Shown here piece by piece: positions 1 to 9,406 of a stretch of DNA of 62,862 nucleotides. Position 1 is the first letter of the stretch; each line of letters starts with the position of its first letter. Source of the DNA: Candidatus Microgenomates bacterium. GTDB lineage: Bacteria; Patescibacteriota; Microgenomatia; UBA1406; GWC2-37-13. The stretch covers positions 1 to 62,862 of the forward strand of contig JAHFKS010000001.1 in assembly GCA_023245215.1 (NCBI GenBank), written 5' to 3'. The notes under the pieces were generated by a model. It was not told where the DNA came from. It was given only the letters and a program-made list of their open reading frames with translations, and made no database searches. A program made the position numbers and the translations under genes.

Positions 1-13
1 AAGCTGAAATTTT

Positions 14-1300
14 ATGAAAAAAATACTGGAAAAAATTAAACAGATCTTCAACGACCCCGAGTTGAAAAAAAAGGTATTATTTACTTTATTCATTTTTTTG
101 GCTTTCAGGCTGTTTGCTTTTTTGCCGGTTCCGGCAATAGATCTCACAAAATTGAGGTCGCTATTTGCTTCGAATCAATTCCTGTCGCTCTTAGACATAT
201 TTTCCGGAGGCACATTGATTAATTTTTCCGTTATGGCATTGGGTTTAAACCCGTATATCAATGCTTCGATCGTCCTCCAGCTTTTGACAGTGATGGTTCC
301 TTCCCTCGAACAGCTTTCAAAAGAGGGAGAATACGGTCGCCACAAAATCAACCAATATACGCGGTTTCTGACGGCGCCTTTGACAGTCGTCCAATCAATC
401 GGCATTTTTGTCCTTTTGAGAAATCAAAAGATAATCGGCAGCCTGTCACCCCTTGAATTTTTTTCTTTTATTTTGACAATGGTCGCGGGGACGTTTATTT
501 TGGTTTGGTTCGGTGAGCTGATTTCGGAATACGGTTTGGGAAACGGCATCTCTCTCCTTATCCTGGCCGGCATCGTTGGCCGACTGCCGGTAACACTTTC
601 CCGGACAGCCTCGGTTTTTAACCAGGAAATGGTTTTTAATACGATTATTTTTCTGGTTCTGGCCGTGGCGGTGATTGCTTCAATTGTATTTATAAACGAA
701 GCCGTCAGGAAGATACCGGTTTACTATGCCAAAAGGATTAAAGGCAACCGCCTCTATCAGGGCGCGTCCAATTTTCTGCCTTTAAAATTGAACCAGGCTG
801 GCGTCATCCCGATTATCTTTGCCGTTTCATTTGTTCTTTTTCCACAGCTGATAGGTAATTTTTTTGCCAATGTAAAAAACGTCAATCTGGCTTCCACAGG
901 AAGGTTTCTTGTCAGCTTTTTTTCGCCGTCGGGATTTTTTTATAACTTTTTCTATTTTATCCTAGTGATCGGGTTTACTTATTTTTACACCATAGTTGTC
1001 TTTAATCCACAGAAAATAAGCGAAGAAATCCAAAAACACGGCGGATTCATACCAGGCATCCGTCCGGGTCTCGCCACAAAGCAGTATTTGGAAAAAATCC
1101 TATATAGAATTACCAGCGTCGGGGCGGTTTTTTTGGGAGTGATTGCCGTTATGCCGGTGCTGATGTCAAAACTGACCGGTTTAACAAGTTTGGTAATCGG
1201 CGGAACCGGGATTTTAATCGTGGTTTCCGTTATCCTGGAAACATTCAAGACGGTTGAAGCCCAGCTGGTTATGAAAAGTTATGATAAGTTTATAAAATAA
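14..1300 (+). CDS. secY: Preprotein translocase subunit SecY
   Basis: About 10 TM segments; motifs [47 protein letters not shown]; spc-operon position. Confidence 0.98.
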   Translation: MKKILEKIKQIFNDPELKKKVLFTLFIFLAFRLFAFLPVPAIDLTKLRSLFASNQFLSLLDIFSGGTLINFSVMALGLNPYINASIVLQLLTVMVPSLEQLSKEGEYGRHKINQYTRFLTAPLTVVQSIGIFVLLRNQKIIGSLSPLEFFSFILTMVAGTFILVWFGELISEYGLGNGISLLILAGIVGRLPVTLSRTASVFNQEMVFNTIIFLVLAVAVIASIVFINEAVRKIPVYYAKRIKGNRLYQGASNFLPLKLNQAGVIPIIFAVSFVLFPQLIGNFFANVKNVNLASTGRFLVSFFSPSGFFYNFFYFILVIGFTYFYTIVVFNPQKISEEIQKHGGFIPGIRPGLATKQYLEKILYRITSVGAVFLGVIAVMPVLMSKLTGLTSLVIGGTGILIVVSVILETFKTVEAQLVMKSYDKFIK

Positions 1301-1304
1301 AAAT

Positions 1305-1478
1305 ATGGCTAAAAAAGGCTCAAGAATCCTGATAGGCTTGATGTGTGAAGTTTGCAAGTCGTTGAATTATGTCGTTACGAAAAACAAGATAAATACGACT
1401 GCTTCCTTGAAATTAAAAAAGTATTGCCGCAAATGCAAAAAACACACACAGCATAAAGAAACAAAGAAACTAGATTAA
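1305..1478 (+). CDS. rpmG: 50S ribosomal protein L33 (zinc-ribbon form)
   Basis: Not in ORF track; translated by hand, 57 aa MAKKGSRILIGLMCEVCKSLNY...LKLKKYCRKCKKHTQHKE. Confidence 0.95.
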   Translation: MAKKGSRILIGLMCEVCKSLNYVVTKNKINTTASLKLKKYCRKCKKHTQHKETKKLD

Positions 1479-1494
1479 AAATTCTTTTTTTTGT

Positions 1495-2625
1495 ATGAAG
1501 CTTGTATTAATAGGCATCCAGGGGTCGGGAAAATCGACGCAGGGAAATCTGCTGTCAAAACAGCTCGGCATTCCTTATCTGTCAACCGGCCACATATTCA
1601 GGCAGCTGGCAAAAGAGAAAACAAAACTGGGCCACTACATAAAAGTGGTTATGAATACCGGTTTATTGATTCCCGACGAAAAAACCATTGAGATCGTCAA
1701 CTCCTATTTGAGCCGGCCCGAATATAAAAAAGGCTATATCATGGACGGGTTTCCGAGGACCTTAAACCAGGCGGAAAAATTTTCCAACAACGTAGACAAA
1801 GTCATTTATCTGGAAATTCCTGACAAAGAAGCCATCTACCGCCTAGTCTATCGGAATAGCGAAGCGCGTGAAGACGAAACTATTCCAGCAATCAAAAAAA
1901 GGATAGAACTCTTTAAAAAATTTACGCTGCCTGTACTTGAATTTTATAAAAAAGAAAACAAACTGGTGACAATTGAAGGCATACAAACAATAGAAACCGT
2001 CAACCAGGAAATTTTGAAAAGCCTTGGAAAAGTCATGAGGAAAAATAAGATCGAGAACTGGCAGGTAAAACACAAAAAAATTATTGCCGTTGTCGGTCTT
2101 CCCGGAGTCGGCAAGACAGACGCGGCTGATTTTTTCAGAAAACAGCGCATGCCGGTCATTTCTTTCGGAGAGGCTATCAATGATTATATAGAAAACAACC
2201 ATCTGCCCCATATTGAAAAAACCCACAAAAAAGTCCGCCTTGAATTAAGGCAGAAACACGGAATGGCGGCTATGGCCGTTTTGAACGAAGAAAGAATAAA
2301 ACAGGCTATGAACAAAAATATGATTGTTATTATTGACGGACTCAGATCCTGGCAGGAATACCTCCACTTAAAAAAAACATTTCCCAAAGCAACAGTTTAT
2401 CTATTGGCGATTTATGCCGACAAGCATTTGCGCTGGGCCCGCTCGATAAGAAGGTCAAAGAGGAACAAGCTTTACGGAGAAGAGCGGGATCTGGACGAGC
2501 TGATAGGAATCAATATGGCGCCAACAATTGCTTACGCCGATTTCCTGGTAAAGAACAATTTCTCAATTGAAGATTTTCATGACAAGTTGGAAGAAGTTTT
2601 CCGGACAATTTACTATTCAGAATGA
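1495..2625 (+). CDS. adk: Adenylate kinase fused to a second P-loop NMP-kinase-like domain
   Basis: N-half GIQGSGKSTQ, LSTGHIFR, GYIMDGFPRT, REDE; second P-loop VGLPGVGKT and IIDGLRS in C-half; lies between secY and map. Confidence 0.88.
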   Translation: MKLVLIGIQGSGKSTQGNLLSKQLGIPYLSTGHIFRQLAKEKTKLGHYIKVVMNTGLLIPDEKTIEIVNSYLSRPEYKKGYIMDGFPRTLNQAEKFSNNVDKVIYLEIPDKEAIYRLVYRNSEAREDETIPAIKKRIELFKKFTLPVLEFYKKENKLVTIEGIQTIETVNQEILKSLGKVMRKNKIENWQVKHKKIIAVVGLPGVGKTDAADFFRKQRMPVISFGEAINDYIENNHLPHIEKTHKKVRLELRQKHGMAAMAVLNEERIKQAMNKNMIVIIDGLRSWQEYLHLKKTFPKATVYLLAIYADKHLRWARSIRRSKRNKLYGEERDLDELIGINMAPTIAYADFLVKNNFSIEDFHDKLEEVFRTIYYSE

Positions 2626-3374
2626 TAGATTTAAAAACAGGCCAGGAAATAAAAGTTATGGCTGAAGGAGGGGAAAGGTTGAGGAAAGTTGTCAAAGCAC
2701 TTTTAAATAAAATTGATGTCGGCATCACCACCAGGGAAATCAACCGGATAGCGGAAGATCTGATAAAAGAACAAGACGGAGAGTCATCGTTTAATAAAGT
2801 CAAAGGTTATTCTTGGTCTACCTGTCTTCCGATTAATGAACAGGTTGTCCATACTCCTCCGTCAGACAGGAAGCTCAAACAGGGTGACGTCCTGACAGTT
2901 GACATCGGCATGTTTTTTAAAGGCTTTCACACCGACTTTGCCACCACGTTTGTTGTCGGCGGCGAACCGGACGGCGAAACCAGCCGGTTTTTGGAAACGG
3001 GAAAGAGGGCTTTGTCTAAAGCGATCAAACAAGCCAAAGCAGGCAACCGCCTTGGCGACATTTCCCAAGCGATTGAAAAAGAAGTTTACAGTCAGGGTTA
3101 TTTTATCGTAAAAGAGCTTACCGGACACGGAATCGGCAGGCAGCTGCATGAGGACCCTTATGTTTTCGGCTTTCAAGAAAAACCGATTGAAAAAACGCTA
3201 AAAATACAACCCGGACTGGTTATTGCCATTGAAGTAATTTATTCAAAAGGTAGCGAAGAAATGGCTTATGAAAAAGATGAAGATTGGTCGATAATAAGCG
3301 CCGATAGAAGTTTGTCTGCTTGTTTTGAGCATACGGTGGCGATAACGGAAAAACAAACCTTGGTTTTAACCTGA
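2622..3374 (+). CDS. map: Type I methionine aminopeptidase
   Basis: INEQVVH, VDIG..FHTDFA, TGHGIG..LHEDP, IAIE, FEHTVAIT. Confidence 0.97.
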   Translation: MIDLKTGQEIKVMAEGGERLRKVVKALLNKIDVGITTREINRIAEDLIKEQDGESSFNKVKGYSWSTCLPINEQVVHTPPSDRKLKQGDVLTVDIGMFFKGFHTDFATTFVVGGEPDGETSRFLETGKRALSKAIKQAKAGNRLGDISQAIEKEVYSQGYFIVKELTGHGIGRQLHEDPYVFGFQEKPIEKTLKIQPGLVIAIEVIYSKGSEEMAYEKDEDWSIISADRSLSACFEHTVAITEKQTLVLT

Positions 3375-3397
3375 AGTTATGGTAAAATATTAGGTTT

Positions 3398-3613
3398 ATG
3401 AAAGATAACGTGATTATTGTTGAAGGAGAAGTAATGGAGAATCTCCCCAACACGCTTTTTAAAGTAAAGCTTTTTAATTCGGAAAAAGTGATTTTGTGTT
3501 ATCTGTCTGGAAAAATGAGGAAAAATTATATAAAAATTCTTCCCGGAGACAAGATCAGGGCAGAGATTACGCCTTATGATTTAAATCGGGGAAGGATAAT
3601 TTATAGAATATGA
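3398..3613 (+). CDS. infA: Translation initiation factor IF-1
   Basis: [37 protein letters not shown]. Confidence 0.98.
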   Translation: MKDNVIIVEGEVMENLPNTLFKVKLFNSEKVILCYLSGKMRKNYIKILPGDKIRAEITPYDLNRGRIIYRI

Positions 3614-3723
3614 AAATAGCATCATCAGTAAAAAAAATTTGTGCCAAGTGCAAGATGGTAAAAAGAAAAGGCAGGCTGTATGTAATTTGCAGCAACGTTA
3701 AACATAAACAAAAACAAGCTTAA
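3610..3723 (+). CDS. rpmJ: 50S ribosomal protein L36
   Basis: Not in ORF track; 37 aa [37 protein letters not shown]. Confidence 0.97.
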   Translation: MKIASSVKKICAKCKMVKRKGRLYVICSNVKHKQKQA

Positions 3724-3733
3724 ATAAAATAAT

Positions 3734-4177
3734 ATGGCGAGATTAATAGGTGTTACATTGCCGGATGATAAAAGAATTGACTATGCGTTGACTTTGCTTT
3801 ATGGAATCGGATGGAACAATGTCGTTTCCGTATTGAAGCAGTCTAATATCGATCCGAAAAGAAGAGTCAAAGACATCAAAGAAGAAGAATTCAAAAAAAT
3901 CACCGAAGTCATTGACAAGACTTTTAAAGTTGAAGGAGAGTTGAGGGAATCGCTCAATGACAGCATTAAAAGACTCAGAGAAATCGGCAGCTACCGAGGG
4001 TTGAGGCATTTGCGCGGGCTTCCTGTCCGCGGTCAAAGGACAAAGTCAAACGCCCGCACTAAACGCGGCAAAAGAAAGACAGTCGGAGCTTTGAGAAAAG
4101 AAGCTTGGGCGAAGTTAGAGTCGGGGAAGACAGGAGCCGCCGCTCCGGAAACCGAAGAAAAAGCGCCGGCTAAATAA
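3734..4177 (+). CDS. rpsM: 30S ribosomal protein S13
   Basis: MARLIGV, ALTLLYGIG, YRGLRH..GLPVRGQRTKSNARTKRG. Confidence 0.98.
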   Translation: MARLIGVTLPDDKRIDYALTLLYGIGWNNVVSVLKQSNIDPKRRVKDIKEEEFKKITEVIDKTFKVEGELRESLNDSIKRLREIGSYRGLRHLRGLPVRGQRTKSNARTKRGKRKTVGALRKEAWAKLESGKTGAAAPETEEKAPAK

Positions 4178-4193
4178 TTGAAATAAACTGACT

Positions 4194-4568
4194 ATGGCAA
4201 AAAAACAAACAAAAAAAATCGTTGAAAAAGGCAGAATCTATGTCACGGCTACTTTTAACAATACTTTAGTAACGGTTACCGATGAAAAAGGCAGTCCGAT
4301 TGTCACCGATTCTTGCGGAATGCACGGTTTTACCGGGACAAGAAAGTCCACTCCCCACGCGGCTACGGTTACGATGGAATCGGCTATAAAAAGAGCCATG
4401 GAAAATCACAATTTGCTTGTCGCCGACATTTTCATTAAAGGGATCGGCCCGGGCCGGGAAGCGTCGCTTAGGGCGATTAAGAGCTCAAAAATAGAAGTTA
4501 ATAGAATTATAGATATTACCCCGATACCGCATAACGGCGTCAGACCGCCAAAGGTACGGAGAGTTTAA
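4194..4568 (+). CDS. rpsK: 30S ribosomal protein S11
   Basis: TFNNTLVTVTD, RKSTPHAA, KGIGPGRE, DITPIPHNGVRPPK. Confidence 0.98.
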   Translation: MAKKQTKKIVEKGRIYVTATFNNTLVTVTDEKGSPIVTDSCGMHGFTGTRKSTPHAATVTMESAIKRAMENHNLLVADIFIKGIGPGREASLRAIKSSKIEVNRIIDITPIPHNGVRPPKVRRV

Positions 4569-4573
4569 TCGAT

Positions 4574-5194
4574 ATGAGATATACAGGACCAAAAAATAGA
4601 ATTGCCAGAAGAGAAGGCATGGACTTAGGGTTGAAGACGCCGGGGTCAAAAAACCACGCCCGCCTTTTAAACAAGCTGACGGTTTTACCAGGCCAGCACG
4701 GCGTAAGAAGAAGAAGGAAAACCTCAGAACGCGGAATCCAATTGAGGGAAAAGCAAAAACTAAGGTTTATCTTCGGTATCAGTGAGAAGCAGATGAAAAA
4801 CTATTTCAAAAAATCCGTTGTGAAAAAAGGAAATACAGCGCTATATATTTCCCAGTATTTGGAGAGGCGACTGGACAATATTGTCTACCGTTTGGGTTTG
4901 GCTCCGACAAGGGCATCGGCAAGACAGTTAGTCGTCCACGGCCACATTGCCGTAGAAGACAAAAAGATGTCCATCCCTTCCTATCAGGTCAAAGTAGGGG
5001 ACAAGGTCTCCTTCTTAAAAGACAAGTCGACAAAAATCCCTTATATTGAAAAAACTCTAAGCAATAAAGATATTTTTTTGCCTGGATGGCTGGAGAAAAA
5101 AGCTATTGCCGGTATTTTAACCAGTATTCCGACAAGCGACGAGATTTCAAAGCAAATTAATTTAAGGTTAATAATTGAATACTATTCCCGTTAA
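4574..5194 (+). CDS. rpsD: 30S ribosomal protein S4
   Basis: RYTGPK, PGQHG, QLREKQK, LERRLDNIVYRLG, ARQLVVHGH, IIEYYSR. Confidence 0.98.
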   Translation: MRYTGPKNRIARREGMDLGLKTPGSKNHARLLNKLTVLPGQHGVRRRRKTSERGIQLREKQKLRFIFGISEKQMKNYFKKSVVKKGNTALYISQYLERRLDNIVYRLGLAPTRASARQLVVHGHIAVEDKKMSIPSYQVKVGDKVSFLKDKSTKIPYIEKTLSNKDIFLPGWLEKKAIAGILTSIPTSDEISKQINLRLIIEYYSR

Positions 5195-5215
5195 TTAATA
5201 ATTTTTATTTTTTTT

Positions 5216-6136
5216 ATGTTAAACCCAAATTTTTTTACCCAAAAACAAGAAGAGGGTAATTATGGAAAGTTTGTTTTCGAGCCGTTACCATTGAGTTTTG
5301 GCCAAAGCTTAGGTCATTCATTAAGGAGAACGATTCTGTCCTCTTTAAAAGGGGCGGCCGTAACCCAAGTGAAGATAGAAGGGGCTCCGCATCCTTTTTC
5401 CACCCTTCCTGGTGTAAAAGAATCGGCCTTGGAAATCATCTTGAATTTAAAGCAGCTCAAATTTAACGTCAAAGAAAGCGGCACTTTTAAAATCTCCCTT
5501 GACGCTAAAGGAGCAAAAAAAGTTTACGCCAAGGATATTGAAGGTGAAATCATGCCCGTAAACAAAGATGTGTATATAGGAGAGATAAGCGACGATAAGG
5601 GCAAACTGTCATTGGAAGCGATTGTTGAGGTCGGTTTCGGTTATTCGACAGTCGAAGAAAGAGAGCAGAAAGAGTTTGGTTTTATCGCCGTCGACGCTTT
5701 TTTCTCGCCCATTAAAAAAGTCAATACCAAAGTCGAAGAAACCAGAGTCGGAAGAAAAGCCAACTTCGAAAAACTTACTTTGGAAGTCTGGACGGACGGA
5801 AGCATTACTCCATCTAATGTGGTTAAGCAAGCCTCTGCCTTGCTGTCAGAATATTTTGCCCATATTTTGTCCGGCAAAGACACGCCGTCTGCCAAAAAAG
5901 AAAAAACCGCTGAACAGGTAAAGCAGGAAGAGATAGACAAGAAATTATTTGAGATTATTATTGATGAACTAAATCTGCCTTCTCGCGTCATCAATGCTTT
6001 GCTCAGGGAAAAGATTGAGACGGTTGCAGACCTGATTAAAGTCGGCAAGGAGAAATTGATCGAGATGAAAGGCGTCGGTAAAAAATCTATCCAGTTAATC
6101 GAGGAAGAATTAAAAAAAATGGGAGTGGAAATATGA
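5216..6136 (+). CDS. rpoA: RNA polymerase alpha subunit
   Basis: LGHSLRRTILSS, DAFFSPI, LEVWTDGSI, alpha-CTD IDELNLPSRVINAL. Confidence 0.97.
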   Translation: MLNPNFFTQKQEEGNYGKFVFEPLPLSFGQSLGHSLRRTILSSLKGAAVTQVKIEGAPHPFSTLPGVKESALEIILNLKQLKFNVKESGTFKISLDAKGAKKVYAKDIEGEIMPVNKDVYIGEISDDKGKLSLEAIVEVGFGYSTVEEREQKEFGFIAVDAFFSPIKKVNTKVEETRVGRKANFEKLTLEVWTDGSITPSNVVKQASALLSEYFAHILSGKDTPSAKKEKTAEQVKQEEIDKKLFEIIIDELNLPSRVINALLREKIETVADLIKVGKEKLIEMKGVGKKSIQLIEEELKKMGVEI

Positions 6137-6555
6137 GACATGGCGTTAAAAAAATAAAATTCAATGCGGGTATAGACGCAAATAAAATGCTCGTGAGGAA
6201 GCTCGCGTTGAGTTTTTTGTCAAAGGGATACCTGCAGACGACTTTGCCAAAAGCCAGAGTCCTCAAGACTCATATAGAAAAACTGGTATCCAAGATGAAA
6301 GTCAAAAACGAAGCCAACAAAAATTTTTTGCTCCGTTATCTGGCTGACGGGCAAGCCGTTAATGACGGATTTGACCGCGTCGGGCCGGCCTTGATGAAGA
6401 TAAATGGCGGATATATCAGGATAGTAAAATTGGGGATGCGCACCGATGACGGCGCCGCCATGGCCAAAGTCCAATGGGCCTATCCGGTAGTGAAAGAAGA
6501 AGTTAAGAAACCATTAAAAAATGAAAAATCTAACAAAACAGACAAAACCAGTTAA
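6133..6555 (+). CDS. rplQ: 50S ribosomal protein L17
   Basis: MRHG, TTLPKAR, GGYIRIVKLG.R..DGA.MA. Confidence 0.96.
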   Translation: MRHGVKKIKFNAGIDANKMLVRKLALSFLSKGYLQTTLPKARVLKTHIEKLVSKMKVKNEANKNFLLRYLADGQAVNDGFDRVGPALMKINGGYIRIVKLGMRTDDGAAMAKVQWAYPVVKEEVKKPLKNEKSNKTDKTS

Positions 6556-6952
6556 GGCAAAAGAAATAAACCGGACTTGGCATCTTTTTGATGCGAACGG
6601 CAAAATCTTGGGCAGGCTGTCGCCTGAAATCAGCCATTTCCTGCAGGGAAAAAATAAAGTAAACTATGTCCCTTATTTGGATATGGGTGATTATGTTGTC
6701 GTCGTCAACGCCAGAAAGATAGCCATTTCGGGGAAGAAGAACAAGACGAAAATCTATACTAATTATTCCGGTTATCCCGGTGGATTAAGGAAAGTCAGTT
6801 TCGAAAAGCTCTTGAACACGAATCCGGGCCTGATTGTAAAAAATGCCGTTTCCGGCATGCTGCCTAAAAATAAATTCAGAGATGACAGACTGCAAAGATT
6901 GTTTATTTTTGCCGACGAAAACCACCCTTATAAAAATAAGTTTGTAAAATAA
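6521..6952 (+). CDS. rplM: 50S ribosomal protein L13
   Basis: WHLFDA.GKILGRL, DMGDYVVVVNA, SGYPGG, GMLPKN. Confidence 0.97.
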   Translation: MKNLTKQTKPVKAKEINRTWHLFDANGKILGRLSPEISHFLQGKNKVNYVPYLDMGDYVVVVNARKIAISGKKNKTKIYTNYSGYPGGLRKVSFEKLLNTNPGLIVKNAVSGMLPKNKFRDDRLQRLFIFADENHPYKNKFVK

Positions 6953-6955
6953 TAT

Positions 6956-7408
6956 ATGGCTAAAAAAACTAAAAATATAGAATATTACGAAGCGGTCGGC
7001 CGGAGAAAAAAAGCCGTCGCCAGGATCAGATTATATCTGCCGGGAAAAGACAAGACGGCGACCATTAATAAACAGAAAATCAAGGCTGGAGAAATTTATA
7101 TCAACAGGCAGCCTATCGAAAAGATTTTTGTTCAGGATTATAAAAGGGAATTCATTATGATGCCTTTGAAGATGACGAATAACGCAGACAGATTCGCCGT
7201 TTCAATATTGATTGAAGGCGGAGGGAAAAACGGCCAGCTGGAGGCGATCGTCCACGGATTGTCACGGGCATTAACGATAAGCGACCAAGGATACAAGGTA
7301 ACCCTGAAGAAAGCCGGCCTTTTGACAAGAGACGCCCGAAAAAGAGAAAGAAGGAAAGTCGGCACTGGTGGAAAAGCCAGGAGAGCCAAACAGTCGCCGA
7401 AACGGTAA
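6956..7408 (+). CDS. rpsI: 30S ribosomal protein S9
   Basis: VGRRKKAVAR, GGG..GQ, LLTRDAR..ERRKVG, C-terminal QSPKR. Confidence 0.97.
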   Translation: MAKKTKNIEYYEAVGRRKKAVARIRLYLPGKDKTATINKQKIKAGEIYINRQPIEKIFVQDYKREFIMMPLKMTNNADRFAVSILIEGGGKNGQLEAIVHGLSRALTISDQGYKVTLKKAGLLTRDARKRERRKVGTGGKARRAKQSPKR

Positions 7409-7424
7409 TTTTTTTGCCCAAAAT

Positions 7425-8309
7425 ATGATTTCTCTTTCCATAATCATTGTTTCTTACAATACTAAGGACATTACGCTGCGATGCCTTACGAGTTTAAAAA
7501 AGAATCTCCAGAAATATCCTATCAATTATGAAGTCATTGCTGTCGACAATGGTTCCAAGGACGGAAGCGGAAAAATGCTCCAGAGCTTAACATCTGATTG
7601 GAGCAATTTGAAAGTAGTTTTGTCAAAAAAAAATCTCGGTTTTGGCAAAGGTAATAATTTGGGTGTTGCCGGTGCTAGAGGTAAATATATTCTTTATTTG
7701 AATTCCGATGCGATAGTAAATGACATTGATTTTAACGATCTTGTTTTTCTTTTTGAATCTCAAAAAGATCTAGGCGCCTTGACCGTTAAAGTGGTTTTAT
7801 CAAATGGAGAAATCGACCCGGCCTCCCATCGCGGTTTTCCTACTTTGTGGCGTTCTTTCAGCTATTTTCTGGGTTTGGAAAGAATATTTATTAAGATTCC
7901 ATTATTGAATAAGTTATTCGGCGGATACCATTTGGTTCACCTCAACCTTAATGAAGTCCACGAGATCGACGTCCCGACAGGGGCATTTTTATTTACGAAG
8001 AAAAATATAATAGATAAAATCGGCGGCTTTGACAAGGATTATTTTGCTTACGGGGAAGACATCGAGATGGCATTCCAAATAAAAAAACTCGGTTATAAAA
8101 TAATTTACTACCCATTGTGGAATGTCCTTCATCTTAAATCAGTTTCGGGTTTGAAAAAAAAAGACAGTAACATCCGAAGGAAAACGAGCTTTTATTTTTA
8201 TGATTCTATGAAGATCTTTTATAAAAAACATTACGCCGAATTATATCCGTGGTTTATAAATCAATTAGTCTATTCGGCGATAGACATTAAAACCAAACTC
8301 AAGCGATGA
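7425..8309 (+). CDS. Glycosyltransferase family 2 (WbbL/rhamnosyltransferase-like)
   Basis: SIIIVSYN, VDNGSKDGS, NLGFGKGNN, LNSD, FAYGEDIE; start moved to ATG 7425 after the rpsI stop. Confidence 0.9.
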   Translation: MISLSIIIVSYNTKDITLRCLTSLKKNLQKYPINYEVIAVDNGSKDGSGKMLQSLTSDWSNLKVVLSKKNLGFGKGNNLGVAGARGKYILYLNSDAIVNDIDFNDLVFLFESQKDLGALTVKVVLSNGEIDPASHRGFPTLWRSFSYFLGLERIFIKIPLLNKLFGGYHLVHLNLNEVHEIDVPTGAFLFTKKNIIDKIGGFDKDYFAYGEDIEMAFQIKKLGYKIIYYPLWNVLHLKSVSGLKKKDSNIRRKTSFYFYDSMKIFYKKHYAELYPWFINQLVYSAIDIKTKLKR

Positions 8310-9406
8310 AAAAAATCGGCATAGACGCCAGACTTTATTCGCAGACAGGAGTCGGCACTTACCTGCAGAACCTTCTTTACTATTTAGAACAGGCCGATAC
8401 AAACGGCGAAATATTTTATATCTACCTGACTAAAAAAGATTATGACTCCGTTTCTTTCAAAAAGAAAAATTTTATAAAAAGGGAAGCCGGCTTCGCCTGG
8501 CATAGTTTCAGCGAGCAGATTGGTTTTGCCCTGATGCTTTATCGGGACGGGCTCGATCTGATGCATTTTACTTATTTCAGCTATCCGGTGGTTTATCTGA
8601 AAAAATTTATCGCGACAGTTCATGATGCTACTCCTTTGCTTTTTAAAACCGGCAAGGCCTCGACAAAGAATCAGTTTGTTTACAATTTGAAGCACTTTTT
8701 CTTCAAAATTGTTGTCAGCCTGCAGGTCAAAATGGCAGTAAAGATTATTACCCCGGCTGATTCTGTAAAAAAGCAGCTGGTTGAAATATACGGGGCGGGA
8801 ATTTCCCAAAAAATCCAGCCGATATACGAGGGAGTCAGTTATAAAGTTTCCCGGGCAAAGGAAAACGCCAGCCTCGGAAAAAAATTCAAAGACTTTTTTA
8901 TCTATGTGGGCAACTTTTACCCACACAAAAATGTCGAAAAATTAATCGATGCCTTTACCGGGATTGCCGGAAAATACCGCCTGGTCCTGATCGGGCCAAA
9001 CGATTATTTCACAGAAAGGATTACCCGGTATATCAATTCGTCCAAAGCAAAAAATAAAATAACGCTTTTGAAAAGTCCGCCTACAGCCGACCTGGTATTT
9101 TTCTATAAAAACGCCGAGGCGATTATCCACCCGTCAAAATCAGAAGGCTTCGGACTGCCTTTGGTTGAAGCGGCTTATTTCAATTCTCCAATGATTGCTT
9201 CAAATATTGATGTTTTTAAGGAACTGTGGGCAGACCAGTATCTTTCATTCAACCCCAATGATATTAATGATATTTTTGAGAAAATTAAATCATTTATTGA
9301 TAAAAAACCCGGATTTGACTATAAAGATCGCCTGAAGAAATACTCATTCGCTAAAATGACAGAAGAAACCCTCAAGGTCTACCACAAAGTCACCCAGAAT
9401 TCCTGA
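8306..9406 (+). CDS. Glycosyltransferase family 4
   Basis: IGIDAR, TVHD, YVGNFYPHKN, PSKSEGFGLPLVEA. Confidence 0.92.
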   Translation: MKKIGIDARLYSQTGVGTYLQNLLYYLEQADTNGEIFYIYLTKKDYDSVSFKKKNFIKREAGFAWHSFSEQIGFALMLYRDGLDLMHFTYFSYPVVYLKKFIATVHDATPLLFKTGKASTKNQFVYNLKHFFFKIVVSLQVKMAVKIITPADSVKKQLVEIYGAGISQKIQPIYEGVSYKVSRAKENASLGKKFKDFFIYVGNFYPHKNVEKLIDAFTGIAGKYRLVLIGPNDYFTERITRYINSSKAKNKITLLKSPPTADLVFFYKNAEAIIHPSKSEGFGLPLVEAAYFNSPMIASNIDVFKELWADQYLSFNPNDINDIFEKIKSFIDKKPGFDYKDRLKKYSFAKMTEETLKVYHKVTQNS

